Origin: Ophelia neglecta
Lineage: Eukaryota
Direction of reading: 5' to 3'
Assembly: GCA_965285935.1 (NCBI GenBank)
Contig: OZ260663.1
Location: forward strand, 3,348,001-3,412,000
Length of the DNA stretch: 64,000 nucleotides
The translations under genes were made by a program, and so were the position numbers. Under the pieces are notes generated by a model that saw nothing but the letters and a program-made list of their open reading frames with translations, did no database searches and was not told the origin of the DNA. Positions 13,101-25,538 of this stretch are shown piece after piece. Positions within the stretch are counted from its first letter, which is position 1. The number at the start of each line of letters is the position of its first letter.

Positions 13101-15124
13101 TATTCATTGCTTGTAAATTGATATTTGGTTAATCTGAAGTCATATCTTCCATATTTTCATGAATTGCTTTAATGGCAGTGTCTAGCCATGTTGTTGTGTT
13201 CTCAGGGTATGGGAGAGTCTTGGAACTCCAATTGAAATCAGGCCACCATCATCATAATTAAAATCAGAAGTGAAATCATCCTACACAGCATTTGGCTGTA
13301 TTGCATCAGCCCATTAAGGTTGTTCAATTGCTGAATCATAAGACTGATTTAATAGGGAATCCTCATCCAAACTATTGTGAGATGTATCAGTGTGGCGCTT
13401 GGCTCCTTCAATGTCTGCGTTGACAAAATTAGGACATTCAGCAGTGTTTAAAAAGTTTTCCATGGCTACAATCCAATCTGGACTTTCACCTGCTATATCA
13501 CTGATTTTTCTCCAGTTAGGAGAATGCAATAATAACATTGTTCGGCAGTATTCAGGATTAAGTGGCCAGGTTGCACGAACAGACCCCCGAGCTATAACCG
13601 GAACCTTACCACTATTACAAATAAATTGATGCCACGATGATTTGTCACTCTCTTTCCGGTTAAGATATTTATGTAGGGGAGTTAATTTTGTGATGGTGGA
13701 GCCTGAGCGTTCCAAAACTCGGGACCCAGTCATACTTATTGTCTGGAACTGGTGACTACAACGATAAAGTGGGGACCCAGACAATTCAAAGGAAGCTTCT
13801 ACTGCTGAAATATCTCTTTAACAGTACCAAAAGTAATTTTGAGACAACTGATTTCGCTGTAGCCCCAGTTGACTCATCTGCAGAGTTTACCATGTCATGA
13901 AACAGGTCAGATACAGCGCCAGTCGGCTCACCCCCCTTGCAGGCATACCCAGAGACATATCTTTCGGCTGTTATTATTTCATCAACAGATGGATTTGTTG
14001 GATTTCTCTTAGAGAGTATAATGCTAACATCACCATTTGCACGCCAAGCTTGGGTGTGAAAGCGAGAGTGTTGGACTAAGGTTGGATGGTCCCTTTCAAG
14101 TTCAAGTCACATACAGCCATTTTTGTCTTTTACTATTGCTGGAGTAGATCTGAATTCTTTTCCAGGATTTTCCTTTGTGCCAAACTCCATTCTACAAACT
14201 TTCCCTCTAGACTTACCCTGAGGCTGCCGTAAGCAGTAGTCAGAGCATTTGTGTATATTTATTTTATTTGAAAGCAAAAGGTGATCCTCTAAGATACTAT
14301 GTTGACTATCAGAATTGTCCATAAATAATTTTAAAAGTGGATTACTTTCTTCAGTGGGAGGGGTAGCTGTTCCCTCTGGTGGTGGCCATAATTCTTTTCT
14401 TGGATTACTATTGTCATCATTGCCTGCTGGGTGACAAGCTGTCATAGCAAAAGCAGATTTGGCCCAGTTGGCAAGTTCTTTGGAAATTTCATCATCAGAG
14501 AGGTTATTTTGCACAGCATCATAAAGTAAATTATGAGGTTCTCTGTCCGACCTCCAACACAAACCATGTCAGTGGATCATCCCCCTTGATTTTGCGAACA
14601 CATATCTGTACCAATAACTTTCACCCCAAAAACAGTACGCATAACTGTGTTAAAATAAGATGTAGTCCTTAAATCAAAATACCTGCCTACTATGTGTGAA
14701 TTACTTAAGATGGCATTAAATAATTGGGATGAATTGTCAAGATTGATCTCGTTCCCAGAAGTTATTTTGGAATAGGATTGAAGTAATCGTCGCAAAGGTT
14801 TGAAATAGAATTATGCACCGCTACCTGTTGTGAAAAAAGATGGCAAACCATTGTTTGTTTTTATTTGAAAATGTATTAGAGATCTTAATTCCTGTGCCCT
14901 TTTAGCCCAATACTGTGATGTTCCCCTCAGAGATCCCCCAAAATAAAGTATTTTTTTCCCAATGCTATTATTTTGATCTTCCATTAGTGACCTTAGTTCT
15001 TCTATGGATCGACATATGTTGGTCTCCTAACTGCTGTTTAACAATAAATGAAGATTGTTCTAATGTTCTCTTTCTCATGATGATGTTGTGCACAATAAAT
15101 TTGAAAAACTGATGATTGGCAAAT

Positions 15125-15368
15125 GGCATACTGGAAAACCTGATACGAAATACGAAGGAAATACGAGATACGCAGATACGAAAAAATAAGATAGAGTTGG
15201 GTTATGACGGGGTTAGGAGTAGGGTTAAGCTAGCAACCTAACTAAATCATTCCTTACTAAACCCTTCACCCTAACCCTAACCTAGTCCATATGGCTACGT
15301 TTTAAACACCTCGCATCTCGTATCTGCGTCTCGTATCTGGTATTTCGTATCAGCTTTTCCAGTATGCC
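15125..15368. mobile_element. MITE copy 1 (GGCATACTGGAAAA TIR, 9-bp TSD, telomere-like core)
   Basis: TSD TTGGCAAAT/TTAGCAAAT; GATACGA subterminal repeats; CCCTAACCCTAACC. Confidence 0.9.
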
Positions 15369-15400
15369 TTAGCAAATCGCCCATCTTGATACCATAGAAG

Positions 15401-15645
15401 GGCATACTGGAAAAGCTGATACGAAATACCAGATACGAGACGCAGATACGAGATACGAGGTGTTTAAAACGTAGCCATATGGACTAGGTTAGGGTTAGGG
15501 TGAAGGATAAAGTAAGTTATGGTTTAGTTAGGTTGCTAGCTTAACCCTACCCCTTACCCTGTCATAATCCAAGATCAATTTTAATTTTTCGTATCTGTGT
15601 ATCTCGTATTTCCTTCGTATTTCGTATCAGGTTTTCCAGTATGCC
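15401..15645. mobile_element. MITE copy 2, same family, opposite orientation
   Basis: TSD CCATAGAAG at 15392-15400 and 15646-15654; reverse complement of copy 1 with several substitutions. Confidence 0.9.
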
Positions 15646-16979
15646 CCATAGAAGGTATTCGGCCCACTGAGCCATAGACTCACATGTACAAGATCTATTT
15701 ATACGATAGTCACCAGTTCCATATGGGAATAATGAAGGAAAGTCCAAAGTAAAAAAATAATTTGTGGTGAATTCAGATATTGGATTATTTTGGCGTGTAG
15801 GCCATGGAATTGATATTTTGTTGCGTGCTGACTTGGTAACTTGGCCATGATCTGAACCAACCACATCCTTAACTATGAACTCAACTTCTTCACGTATATC
15901 TACTGCTGGTTCTGGCAAAAGCACACTAGATGATGTTTCTTGATCACCAAAATCACCTGCATCAATTTGTTCTTCTGCAGGCCCTTTATCATTTCTGTGT
16001 CCTGAATCCCTATCATACTCAATGGTTTGGATGTCACTGTAACGTTATTCACCATCAGTAGGCAAGTTAAGCAATCTTTCCTCAGAAATTTCAATGTCAT
16101 GCTATGCAGAGTTGTTAATTTTTAACCACAATAGGGCATGCTGAATCTTAAATCTTCGAATATTGAATTCCTTGTTGGTATCACGTCTGCCTTGCTTTCT
16201 GACTCTAATTAATTTTATTTCATTGGGAAGGCGTGGTAGAATTTTCGCTGGCTCATTTACAGATACAGTAGCATCACTAATCAAAGGAGAATTTGACACT
16301 GGTTTAACATTAACTACAGAACTGTTTTTATGTTTCTTTTTTTTTTTAATTATTCACATCCTTACTCATCAGGGACTTGCTATTTGACTCGTTCACATTC
16401 TGTTCATTTTGTTTACATGCTTTGCATTCCTGATCTTGTACAGACATACATGCATCCCTAGAAGGTGGTTTCTTGCCATATGTACATGTATCATTCTTAC
16501 CATAGGCATGGTCTATCTTAATTCTTTTGTGCATATTGATTGTCGTTGCAGGTCCTTGTGCTTGAGCACAACATGGTGCAGAGGTATTAGGGTTTACTAT
16601 GAAAGAGTCAGAATTATGCTTGGAATATGCATGATCTGAATCAATAACATGTTTCTGATGCTGTTTTTTTTTGTACTTAGGGCTCTAAACAATTGTCCAT
16701 GGTTGTTCCACATTCTTCCGGGCATAGCTGTGTTCTGAGTACATCATAGTTGAGAGGGAGAAGATATTGAGTGAGAGAAGGATTGAGCTATATTGTCCCT
16801 AGGAGGTGTAGGCTCATTTTGTAGAAAAGTTGCAGTGGCTTCCTTCTGCTTCTGGGGCCCTGTTCTAGAGGTAGAAGGCAATAGGCCAGGCCTTCTACCT
16901 CTATTAGGTCTTGTTGGGGGAAAGAGGGGTGAGATGAGGGGCTTTTGGCATTAGAAACAGTGACAGACAAAAATTGAAA

Positions 16980-17497
16980 GTCCCATTCAGATTGATTAGA
17001 TTGAAGTGGAGACAGCGGACATAATAATTGGAAATGATTCCCTGCAAGCAAAAGATGAATATGTAGGTCTCCAAAGGTATGGGTCTCAGGATTGTATGTT
17101 GCTACACGGGATTTTACACCAGAATTTTTGTCGGCGAGTAGTTTATAACCTTTTGTCCAAAAAGTTATTGTACACCCTAATACCTTTGCAGCTGCTCTGA
17201 CCTCAGCAGTGCTAGCCCATCCTGACCTCAGCATCATATTTGCCCAGTATGCCTCCCTAGAGTCAGTAGTTAACTCATGAACCATCATGACAAGATTTTT
17301 CCATTCCTCCCACTCTCTGAAAATGGTGTCACAAATGTACTATAATGAGGAGTCACAGAACAATTGCCATGATAAAATAGGCTGAGACAGTGGAAAAAAC
17401 AATCACCATCACCAGGGACGTTGAATACTTGGCAGGGAGTGGAAAAAATGTCGATGGTGTAGGTTGATCGTATCAAGGACAAGTCAAACCCCTTCAA
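16980..17497 (-). pseudogene. OTU-like cysteine protease domain at the RepHel N-terminus
   Basis: VPGDGDCFFHCLS (Cys box), WASTAEVRAAA, HLLLAGNHFQ (His box), split by a frameshift. Confidence 0.85.
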
Positions 17498-18530
17498 AGT
17501 ATTACCAGAGGCAGAGGTGCCTTTGAAAAGGTGACAAGGTGATATTTTCAGGGCCAGTCACAGTAGTACCCCCATTAAAAGGGGGCCTGGTTAAGTTGCT
17601 AATGGAATAAGAATGGTCTTGATTAGAACCATGAGGAAATTTCCATGGCTTGGTTTTATTAGAAAACCAGGGATTGGAATATGACCTGTCAGAATCCATT
17701 TGGGCTTGTTGTTGATTCTCTCTAAGCAGAAAGTCCACAAATATATGAAAGCTGGAATAAAATCATCACTTAATATATTTCATTTTCCAGTGCACTTTTC
17801 ATCAGGCCATGTTTTAGAAAAATGCCAATTTTCATCTGTAAACTTTGTGAAGGATATGTATTGTTATTATCGAATGCTTCAGCCTTCAATCCCTTCATAT
17901 TTCAACAACCAGATATATAAGGAAAATGAAAATTCTGCTGCTGGTCCTACTGACACAGTGAACTGAAAATTGATGTTCATGATCATAATTCATTTTATGT
18001 AATCATGTGGAAAAAGCCCGGAAGGGGGTATTTGGTTGAAATTATGGTAAGGGTGTGCCGATAAAAAGGCACCTGTCTGCCGAAAAATGCTCATGCTTAT
18101 TCTCGACACTAAGTGGGTCGCCCAAATCTAAGAATATAGACATAGAACCCTGACAGGAGAAATCACCATACGGATACCTTTTAAAATGGCAAGGTTTATG
18201 AAAAAGATGTCCTTAAAAGGAGCGAAACATGAAAAAGATACCCTTCAACACTTCATTTGTTGTCTAATTGTAATCCCCAGTAATGTAAGTACTCACTCTC
18301 CCCATGGAAAGATAAAAAATAGGACCGGCTGTGAAGCCTGCCATTGATAACTTACCTGAGCTGAGAGACACGAGCAATGTACAGAAACGCAATAGCTCTT
18401 CAAGAATATAAACGCTGGAAGAAATGAAGAGAGTGAATTAAAGAAAAACTTTTGCTCAGTGTGAGAACTTGTAGCCCATGAAAGTTAGGCTGAAAAACGT
18501 TGTCAGTCGCAGAGAAAGCAAACCAATACA

Positions 18531-18687
18531 TAAAAGGTACGCCGTGATGAAAGGTACGCTGATTGCCGTGATAAAAGATACGCCTGTGATAAAACGTATG
18601 CTTTTCAGCGCATCTTTTGCCACGCGTGATAAAACATACGTCTCGCGAGAAAAACCTTATTTTCGCTCAGGCGTACCTTTTACAACA
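18531..18687. repeat. Repetitive TIR-like fragment with a Ginger-like ...ACAACA end
   Basis: About five copies of (G)ATAAAAGGTACGC variants, plus an inverted GGCGTACCTTTTACAACA (reverse complement TGTTGTAAAAGGTACGCC). Confidence 0.45.
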
Positions 18688-21600
18688 GGCTGTGGAATTA
18701 CGTACGCTGGAAGCAGGCGTGTTATATCGAACAGGTCGATTCATTCAGCTGTATATACGCAGCAAGTGCTATTTTTTGTGTGCTGCGCTTGTTTCCTGTT
18801 CCGTGTGATGGCGTTTAACGAAGGTGTATTTCCTACGTAAAATGGTTAAGCTCCGGGTAAAGCTATAGAAATTTGTGTGTTATAATCTTAGACAACACAC
18901 GCCATTGGAGAAAAACATTTACTGCGGTGGTACAGCATAAAGTATTTTTTTTTAAAATTTCAAATGTTCTAATTATTGCTATTTCCAAAGGACGGTTTAC
19001 TACGGTTGCGCATTATTAGATACACCGGGTCATTACCAGCGGGCAACAATATAGTAAAAAAGATGTATTATCGTAAAAAAGTTTAGTGGCCTTGCTAGAA
19101 AAGTCCCCTGCTCGAAACGACCTGGGACCCTTCTTTTGAGCCATCTGGATTGATGAAACGGTAGGGTATTTTATTCTATAGTTCATCTCACGATCTTAGT
19201 ACAATGCCTGTGATATATTATCAACATTTATAAACTGTTTGTATCATTCACTTATTTATAATTTTTTCTCTAATTTCAGATAAATAAAAATAAAACAAAT
19301 ATCTGTGCAATTACCTCCCGAAACACATGTATAACTGCCTCCTCCCCCCCCCCCCCCCCCCAAGGTTCTAGCTGTGTGATGGGCTCAGGGGGCTGTTCTG
19401 AATCGGCAGAAGCGCGAACGGCGAACGCGGACCTCCAAAATTTGTAGCATTATGGTAACGGCCTATGGTAACTGCTACAGCGAATCGCTCACATCCTGCA
19501 CAGCTGGATTAGTCTGGAAGTTGAAATAATCACACCTTGAATGACAACTAATTGCAGGCCTCGAAATAATTTGTTAAAAGCTTGGCAGCATTATTTCCGT
19601 AATCGATAACCACCGGCACAACCAAAGCGGGATTGCCCAAATCGGCCACGGACAAAATCAGCCATGTCGACACTATATATATGTTTCTATTTGCGGCAGC
19701 TAGGCCTGAGTCGGTAGTGATTAAGGGATTAAAATTTCTATCCAAATTCGACCCACAAAAGTTAAATGATTAAGGGTTTATAATAATTATGGGTGACAAA
19801 TCATCGGGGGTGAGGGGATCCATCCAATACTTGATGGCACCACCTGTTCTGATTGGGGCTTACGAAATTATTAACATTAATTAACTGTATTTGGGGAAGG
19901 AGAAATGTGGCACCATCAGGTAGATATGAAATATGCAATCCCATAGTGGTCCAATTATTTTTAGTGGTAATCGCATGCCTAATAATGCAGCTTCATCAAT
20001 CATCATTTAGGGGGTTAATTAGTGATTTGATACAAGAAGGATTTTAGGGGGAAAGTCTTCTTGACCCCCCCCCCATCCATCAAATCACTAGCCCATCCCT
20101 GCTGGTTTTAGCGACTAGCCCCCCCCCCCCCCCCCCTACTTCATTAATGTGATTAATTTCCAGTCAGTGATTGCTTGATAATTTCGTGGCAGTCCGCACT
20201 GTCATTACATGATAGGCCTCCTATATTATTTGTCAATGCCAGAGATTACAAGTCCCCCATCTTCGAGTGCCATACGTAGTCGCCGTACATACTTATTTTA
20301 TTTCTATTATCTGAGTTTAGAAAGCAATATGACATGGGAATGAGCAGTAATATATATATATATTTTAAATTCTCGCGATCTATCTGGCGGTAAAATGACC
20401 ACAAGTTAGTTTTTACGCCCTCCAAGACCAAAACAACGTGTCCCGCCATGTTTGGTGTTGCATACGTAGCGTGACACTCCACGGCAGATTATCCTCAATG
20501 TGTCACCACATTGCTTGATCAATGAATCAACCTTTTTTTGCCCGTCAGAAACCCAATCATGCTTCTAGTGCACTGTAAACTGGGGCTAGTCTTTGATTGA
20601 AAACTTTTTACATTACATGTATGATGCCTACGAAGCAGGCCTATTATATCAAATATGTCAATTAGCTACCAGTTTGTGAGGGGGGGGGTCTATATGCACT
20701 TGTCACCTTTCTTGTTCCTTTTTGTGATAAGGGAATAAAATAACACTATAGGTATATTTTTTACTTTTATTTATTACAATTTTCACCTTATCAAAGTGAA
20801 TGTCAAACATTTCAATCCGCTTGCCATACTATTACTACACAGATGCTGCCAGGTCACATCACTACTTTTTGTTTAAAATACATTCTATAAAGTTTTGGAA
20901 CAGCATATTAAAAAAACAACTTAAATAACACATAATTGAGCACAATTATGTGTAACACATAATTGAGCACAATTATCTGTCATTTGTCATGTATCAAGTA
21001 TTAGCTTTCTGTTTCTTGAAATGTAATACCAACCTTATTGCTCTTGTTTGGTCCGTATCCCGTGCTGTCGTCACTAGTCTCAAAAACAAGGTAGTCATTG
21101 AACCTCTGTTGAATAACATAAACATAAATCATGGGCAAATTATATTCTTTCCACAACTATTCCACATTAAAAAAAGTTCAAGACAATGTTTTACAGCTTG
21201 ATACATGACTTCTCAAACAGTAAGTCAAAAAGGCTTTTTTTAGATTATGTCATGTTTGAAAAAAAATTATGTAGCCTGCGGTAGGCCTATATATTAAGCA
21301 CATGAGGCATTTAATGTTACCTTTTTCATTACAATACAAGTGTGAATTTACCTTGTCATTTGCTTTAGGGTTTCTTTTAGGGTATCTTTTTTCTGTTTCC
21401 TTGATTCCATGGTGAAATAAAGACAGCAGATTATGTTACTGAAATTTGTGTACCATTTTATTTTTTCAATTTATCTAGTTTTTATGGTTTTGGTCTACTA
21501 TATATATAACTTTGCAGCAAGCCTGTTTTGACCTCCAGATTTTACAAATAACTAATATGCAAATTCTAGCATTACTGACATACAGATCTAAATGTGCCTT

Positions 21601-21959
21601 TACCTGGGTTGCTTTGCCATAATTATGGTCTTCTGATTGTGATAACATAAACTCTTCTGTTTTATAGAAAAGAAGATCTATATATCTGTTAAGAATGTTC
21701 ATGCCAAGTACAATAAGACGGCCTTTATCAATCAATCCATGGATGAAGAAAACACCTTATAATATACAGTTCCTATCAATGTTGACCCATTGTAAAGCAT
21801 CATTTAGAGCATCTGCCCAAAACTTGATTTGAAGGGTTTCTCGGCTTTTAACACGATGTATACATAACAGGGCCACACATTTGGGGAGAAGTCACAATTT
21901 TATCCATTCGACCATTCCCTTTTTAGTACCATATGCTTTATTACAAATGGACTACTTTT

Positions 21960-23894
21960 ACATGTTTTAGGCAATTATCTCTCCAAGGATACAGCCTTCC
22001 CTGTTCGCAAGGTCTTCAGCTTCACTAGCTGAAACAGCACGCCCTGTCATTCCATCTAGTAAGATCCTATGAAAAAAATCGAATTTTTTATTGTTAAAAC
22101 TTTGATTGGAAGTAAGTTGTATATTAATGCAATAAATCTCATGGTGTAAATCCATTTACATAATTCATTTACCATGTGTTATCTTCAAAGCAGAGGTTCC
22201 TGTAATGTGAATTGCCTTACAGGCAGCCTGCGTACAACACAAAAAGGTCTCCCATGTTGCCAGTTAAAAATTCCTCTGAGAAGCACATGGTCTTGCTCAG
22301 TTTAAGGTTAGGATCTTTTACTCTGGATTTGATGTCAATTACTATAAATTCTCCAACCTCAAACGTGAAACGCTGGTCATAAGTTGTCTACATATGTAAA
22401 AAGATAGGTTTGATGACAAATGAATAGTACAAGGCAACTGAGAGAAGTGTAAGAACTGATAGGGTTGCCTTTTGATGGAAGGCATATTATTTCAAAAGGG
22501 CCAATAAAATTTGAGCAGTTTTGTAATGAGAAACAAGAATTTTAAATCTTCCAGGCCCTGCTGATAACTTCAACACCGGAGTCCACAGGGGCAATATACC
22601 TAGGTGTCTCATGTTAAATACACTTTTTGATTAATTGACTACACTAAACTAAAAGTACAACCCATTGGCCAATTATGGTTGTGCCCATTCATACATCCTT
22701 ATAAAAGAACTGTTTATTTATTAACGATACCTCAGTTTGTTGGTCGAAATATCTTGGTCCCTCCATTGACTTCAGAATTGCTTCTCCGACCTCGGTGCCT
22801 TCTTTGTCTGCCACCACTTGGTGTGTCAAAAAAGCTGAATTGCCAGAGTGAATGAAGTTCGAACCAAGTTATTTTTATTTCTGGGCATGACTGCATTACC
22901 TTATGGCTACCTGCATGTGTGATTGGTATCTGAGATTAGTTTTACCACCATAAAGTTTGTAACAGTTAAAACTATTATATTGAAATTGCCATAATGAATG
23001 GTACTTGAAAGATTTAATTGCTTAGAATATTGACTTTATCTTTAGGTGATGTTTATGAATGCCTTCTACGTTATAATCTATTGAATAGCCTTCAGCAATC
23101 ATACATGACATGTTGACCACCTTCTCAGCACAGGGATATTTTGCAACATCCCTCACAAATGTCTTGCTTATTCCTGCATGCAAATGTATGTGACTGTCAT
23201 AGAAAGATAAAGTAAGCAATTTGTTCTGTCATGTACATATTAATTAATTAATTCTTTCTCAGAATGCATAATACTTTACTAATACACCATAACCTGTTCT
23301 GACTTCCTCTATTTCAAGAAGTAGGTTTTGTATAATTTTCTGGTAAGGTTCCCCATGCATCTTGAAATTCAGCAGTTGCTTAATCTATAGCTTTCAGGAT
23401 GTTGCTCACTTGGCCCATGTACAGTTCTTTGAAAACCTGAAAATAATTAATTATTCAAGATTTTAGTTTTGTTAAAATTTGTTTTTTTTGTGTTGGTTTA
23501 CATTAACATTTATGTAACAAAAATGTTGTATGCATCCCTAATTATTATGCAAGTACTAGTAGCAAGAAATGACACTCAAATGCCATACACTGATTATATT
23601 TTAAGGAATTTATCACTTATTTGAGTGTCATGACTACCTTAAAATTACAGGTAATTGAATTGAACAGGGAAGTAATTTATAGGTCCTGGGTATAATAGCT
23701 ATTTTTTACCGCATTCTTCTGGTTGCCACTTTCTGTCATTTGGGCTGCCTTTATTAAATTTTTCATTTGGTGCCCGAGGTGGCCCACAGCAGCCTGACAA
23801 GTTCATGAAAATGATCTTGTCTCATGAGGATGTTCATGACAGCTGCCAAATAGCACTTCCCATTGTCGCTGGGGAATTTTGTCTTTTTTCTCCA
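21960..23894 (-). pseudogene. USP/C19-like cysteine peptidase domain (C-terminal part of the integrase gene)
   Basis: Exon 23894-23710 DNGKCYLAAVMNILM (Cys 23853-23855); exon 23436-23294 EFQDAW; exon 22387-22173 LFVLYAGCL*GNSHY...NT(W) (His 22205-22207); spliced in phase to exon from 22066 (W)ILLDG...GCIL. Confidence 0.6.
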
Positions 23895-24115
23895 CTGAAA
23901 AAGTGTTTTTGCAAAAAATGAATGATGTTTTAGAAATGATACTTATTTCTAGGGCTGACTATTTTCATATTAACTGCAATAGATCTAGATCTATACAGTA
24001 GGACTGAGCACACTTGCTCTTGATTGTAGATGCCCAGAATTTCAGAGACTGCCCAAGTTTGTCATTGATTTACAAGAAAATTATCTTACTTCGATCTCTG
24101 CTGTCAAAAGACATA

Positions 24116-24160
24116 TATTATAATTATAATTATAATTATAATTACAATTATTATTATATA
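24116..24160. repeat. (TATAAT)n-like simple repeat
   Basis: tattataattataattataattataattacaattattattat. Confidence 0.8.
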
Positions 24161-25538
24161 TATTCACACATACAATTTGTTGGAATAACTCATTAGCAAA
24201 TATGCCTATAAAATGATAGGATTTGCTGTGTCACCTAGGTGCTGGTCTTGTGCATCGAACCTTAAATTTCTCGCTGCTACTTTCCTTGCATGTTGCCGTA
24301 CTGGAACCTGGAGTGTGTATTTCTATTATATATCAGTTTGCATTGTATTAAATGAACATAAACAAGTTTTTTTTATTAGAAACCTGCATAATCAAAACGA
24401 ACCCTGCATGACATATATCACATCACGTCATAGCTGTCAAAACACTTTTTGACAATGTCTGCCAACAGCATTCCTTAATAGCTAGCCTAAAAATGATAAA
24501 TCGGTACTACAAAATGTCATAAAATGCACATAAGTAAATGGCTAGATGGCTGATATCGCAAGGGTTGTGGAGCTGAGCACCAGCTCGGCACACAAACATA
24601 TTTTAATGTTCACAAAATGTAATAGATGTATAACATGTTAAAGCCATTTTTAAAATGTGAAGGTTTAAGGAACCTTCTTTCATCCTTTTTTATTGAACCA
24701 CTAACTTGATATATGTAGACGGTACAGTTGGCAATATACAAAATATACCCAACTTAAGACTTGAAACCACATAGTGCTTATGTGCCCTTAAGCTCTAAAA
24801 ATCGAACATTGCTGATTAGCAGCTTCCACTTGCAACAATTGGAAGCTTAAGGTCCCTTCATCATTTAACTGTTTCATTGATTAATAAAGGGTTGCTTTAC
24901 CTTTGAAAAAAATTCTTCTGCTCACCACAGAGTTAAGTAACTGTTTGGTTGTTCTAATTTTATTTTCTTCTACTAGTTCTAGTGGTGACAGGCGCAGTCT
25001 ACTACTTCCCACAACGTCAATTATTCGTACTGGCATATTCTTCATACTTGCTTTTGCTCTATCCCCTTACCAAAAACTGATGCATTGTTTGTGCATTGAT
25101 TTAGCATTGGATTGGTGGCATTTAAATGCAAAATAGCATTTAAATGCTTTTGTTTCAATGGTTTTGTTACTGGTGTGGATCAAGGCATTGAATTAGAAAA
25201 AGCATTGAAAGAGCATGTCCACGGAGCGAAATATTTAAAATAGCATTTAAATGCTTTCATTTCAATGCATTGAAATGCCAAATCAATGCCTTTATGTTAA
25301 TGAGGTATGCATTTCAATGCAGAAACAATGCTTACATTTCAATGCATTGAAATGCAGAAACAATGCTTATATTTCAATGCCAATTCAAGGCATTTATGAT
25401 AATGAGGTTTGCACTGTTTGGATTCAATGCAACATACCATGCTACGTATATATGGTATACATCGAAGTTTTATATAAAGTTCACCTTAGCAGTCAAAACG
25501 AAACACAAATAAAAGTTTGACATACCAAACAGGACCTT

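Larger units (their letters stand above)
13300..16300 (-). pseudogene. Helitron Rep (HUH endonuclease) region with DUF6570-like and Helitron_N segments
   Basis: LPRLP...IRRFKIQHALLWLKINN; FPSLFPYGTGD; LLWYQDGRFANH restored after removing two MITEs; KSRGMIH*HGLCW (HUH, ~14560-14600); HKCSDYCL; ERYVSGYACKG (~13935-13965). Confidence 0.85.
9120..18530 (-). mobile_element. Helentron/Helitron2-like rolling-circle transposon, decayed (5' boundary uncertain)
   Basis: Collinear OTU, DUF6570-like, Helitron Rep and PIF1 helicase fragments, then an SGNH ORF. Both flanking non-coding parts are homologous to 62975-64000. Confidence 0.85.

Noticed and set aside
18478-18840. 120-aa ORF
   Set aside because: It arises from the reiterated TIR-like motif and has no protein motif.
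20926-20976. 24-bp direct repeat TAACACATAATTGAGCACAATTAT, two copies
   Set aside because: It is a simple local duplication with no further structure.
25070-25400. Spaced short repeats resembling a CRISPR-like array
   Set aside because: They are irregular subterminal repeats of the CACTA element in a eukaryotic context, with no constant repeat-spacer period.
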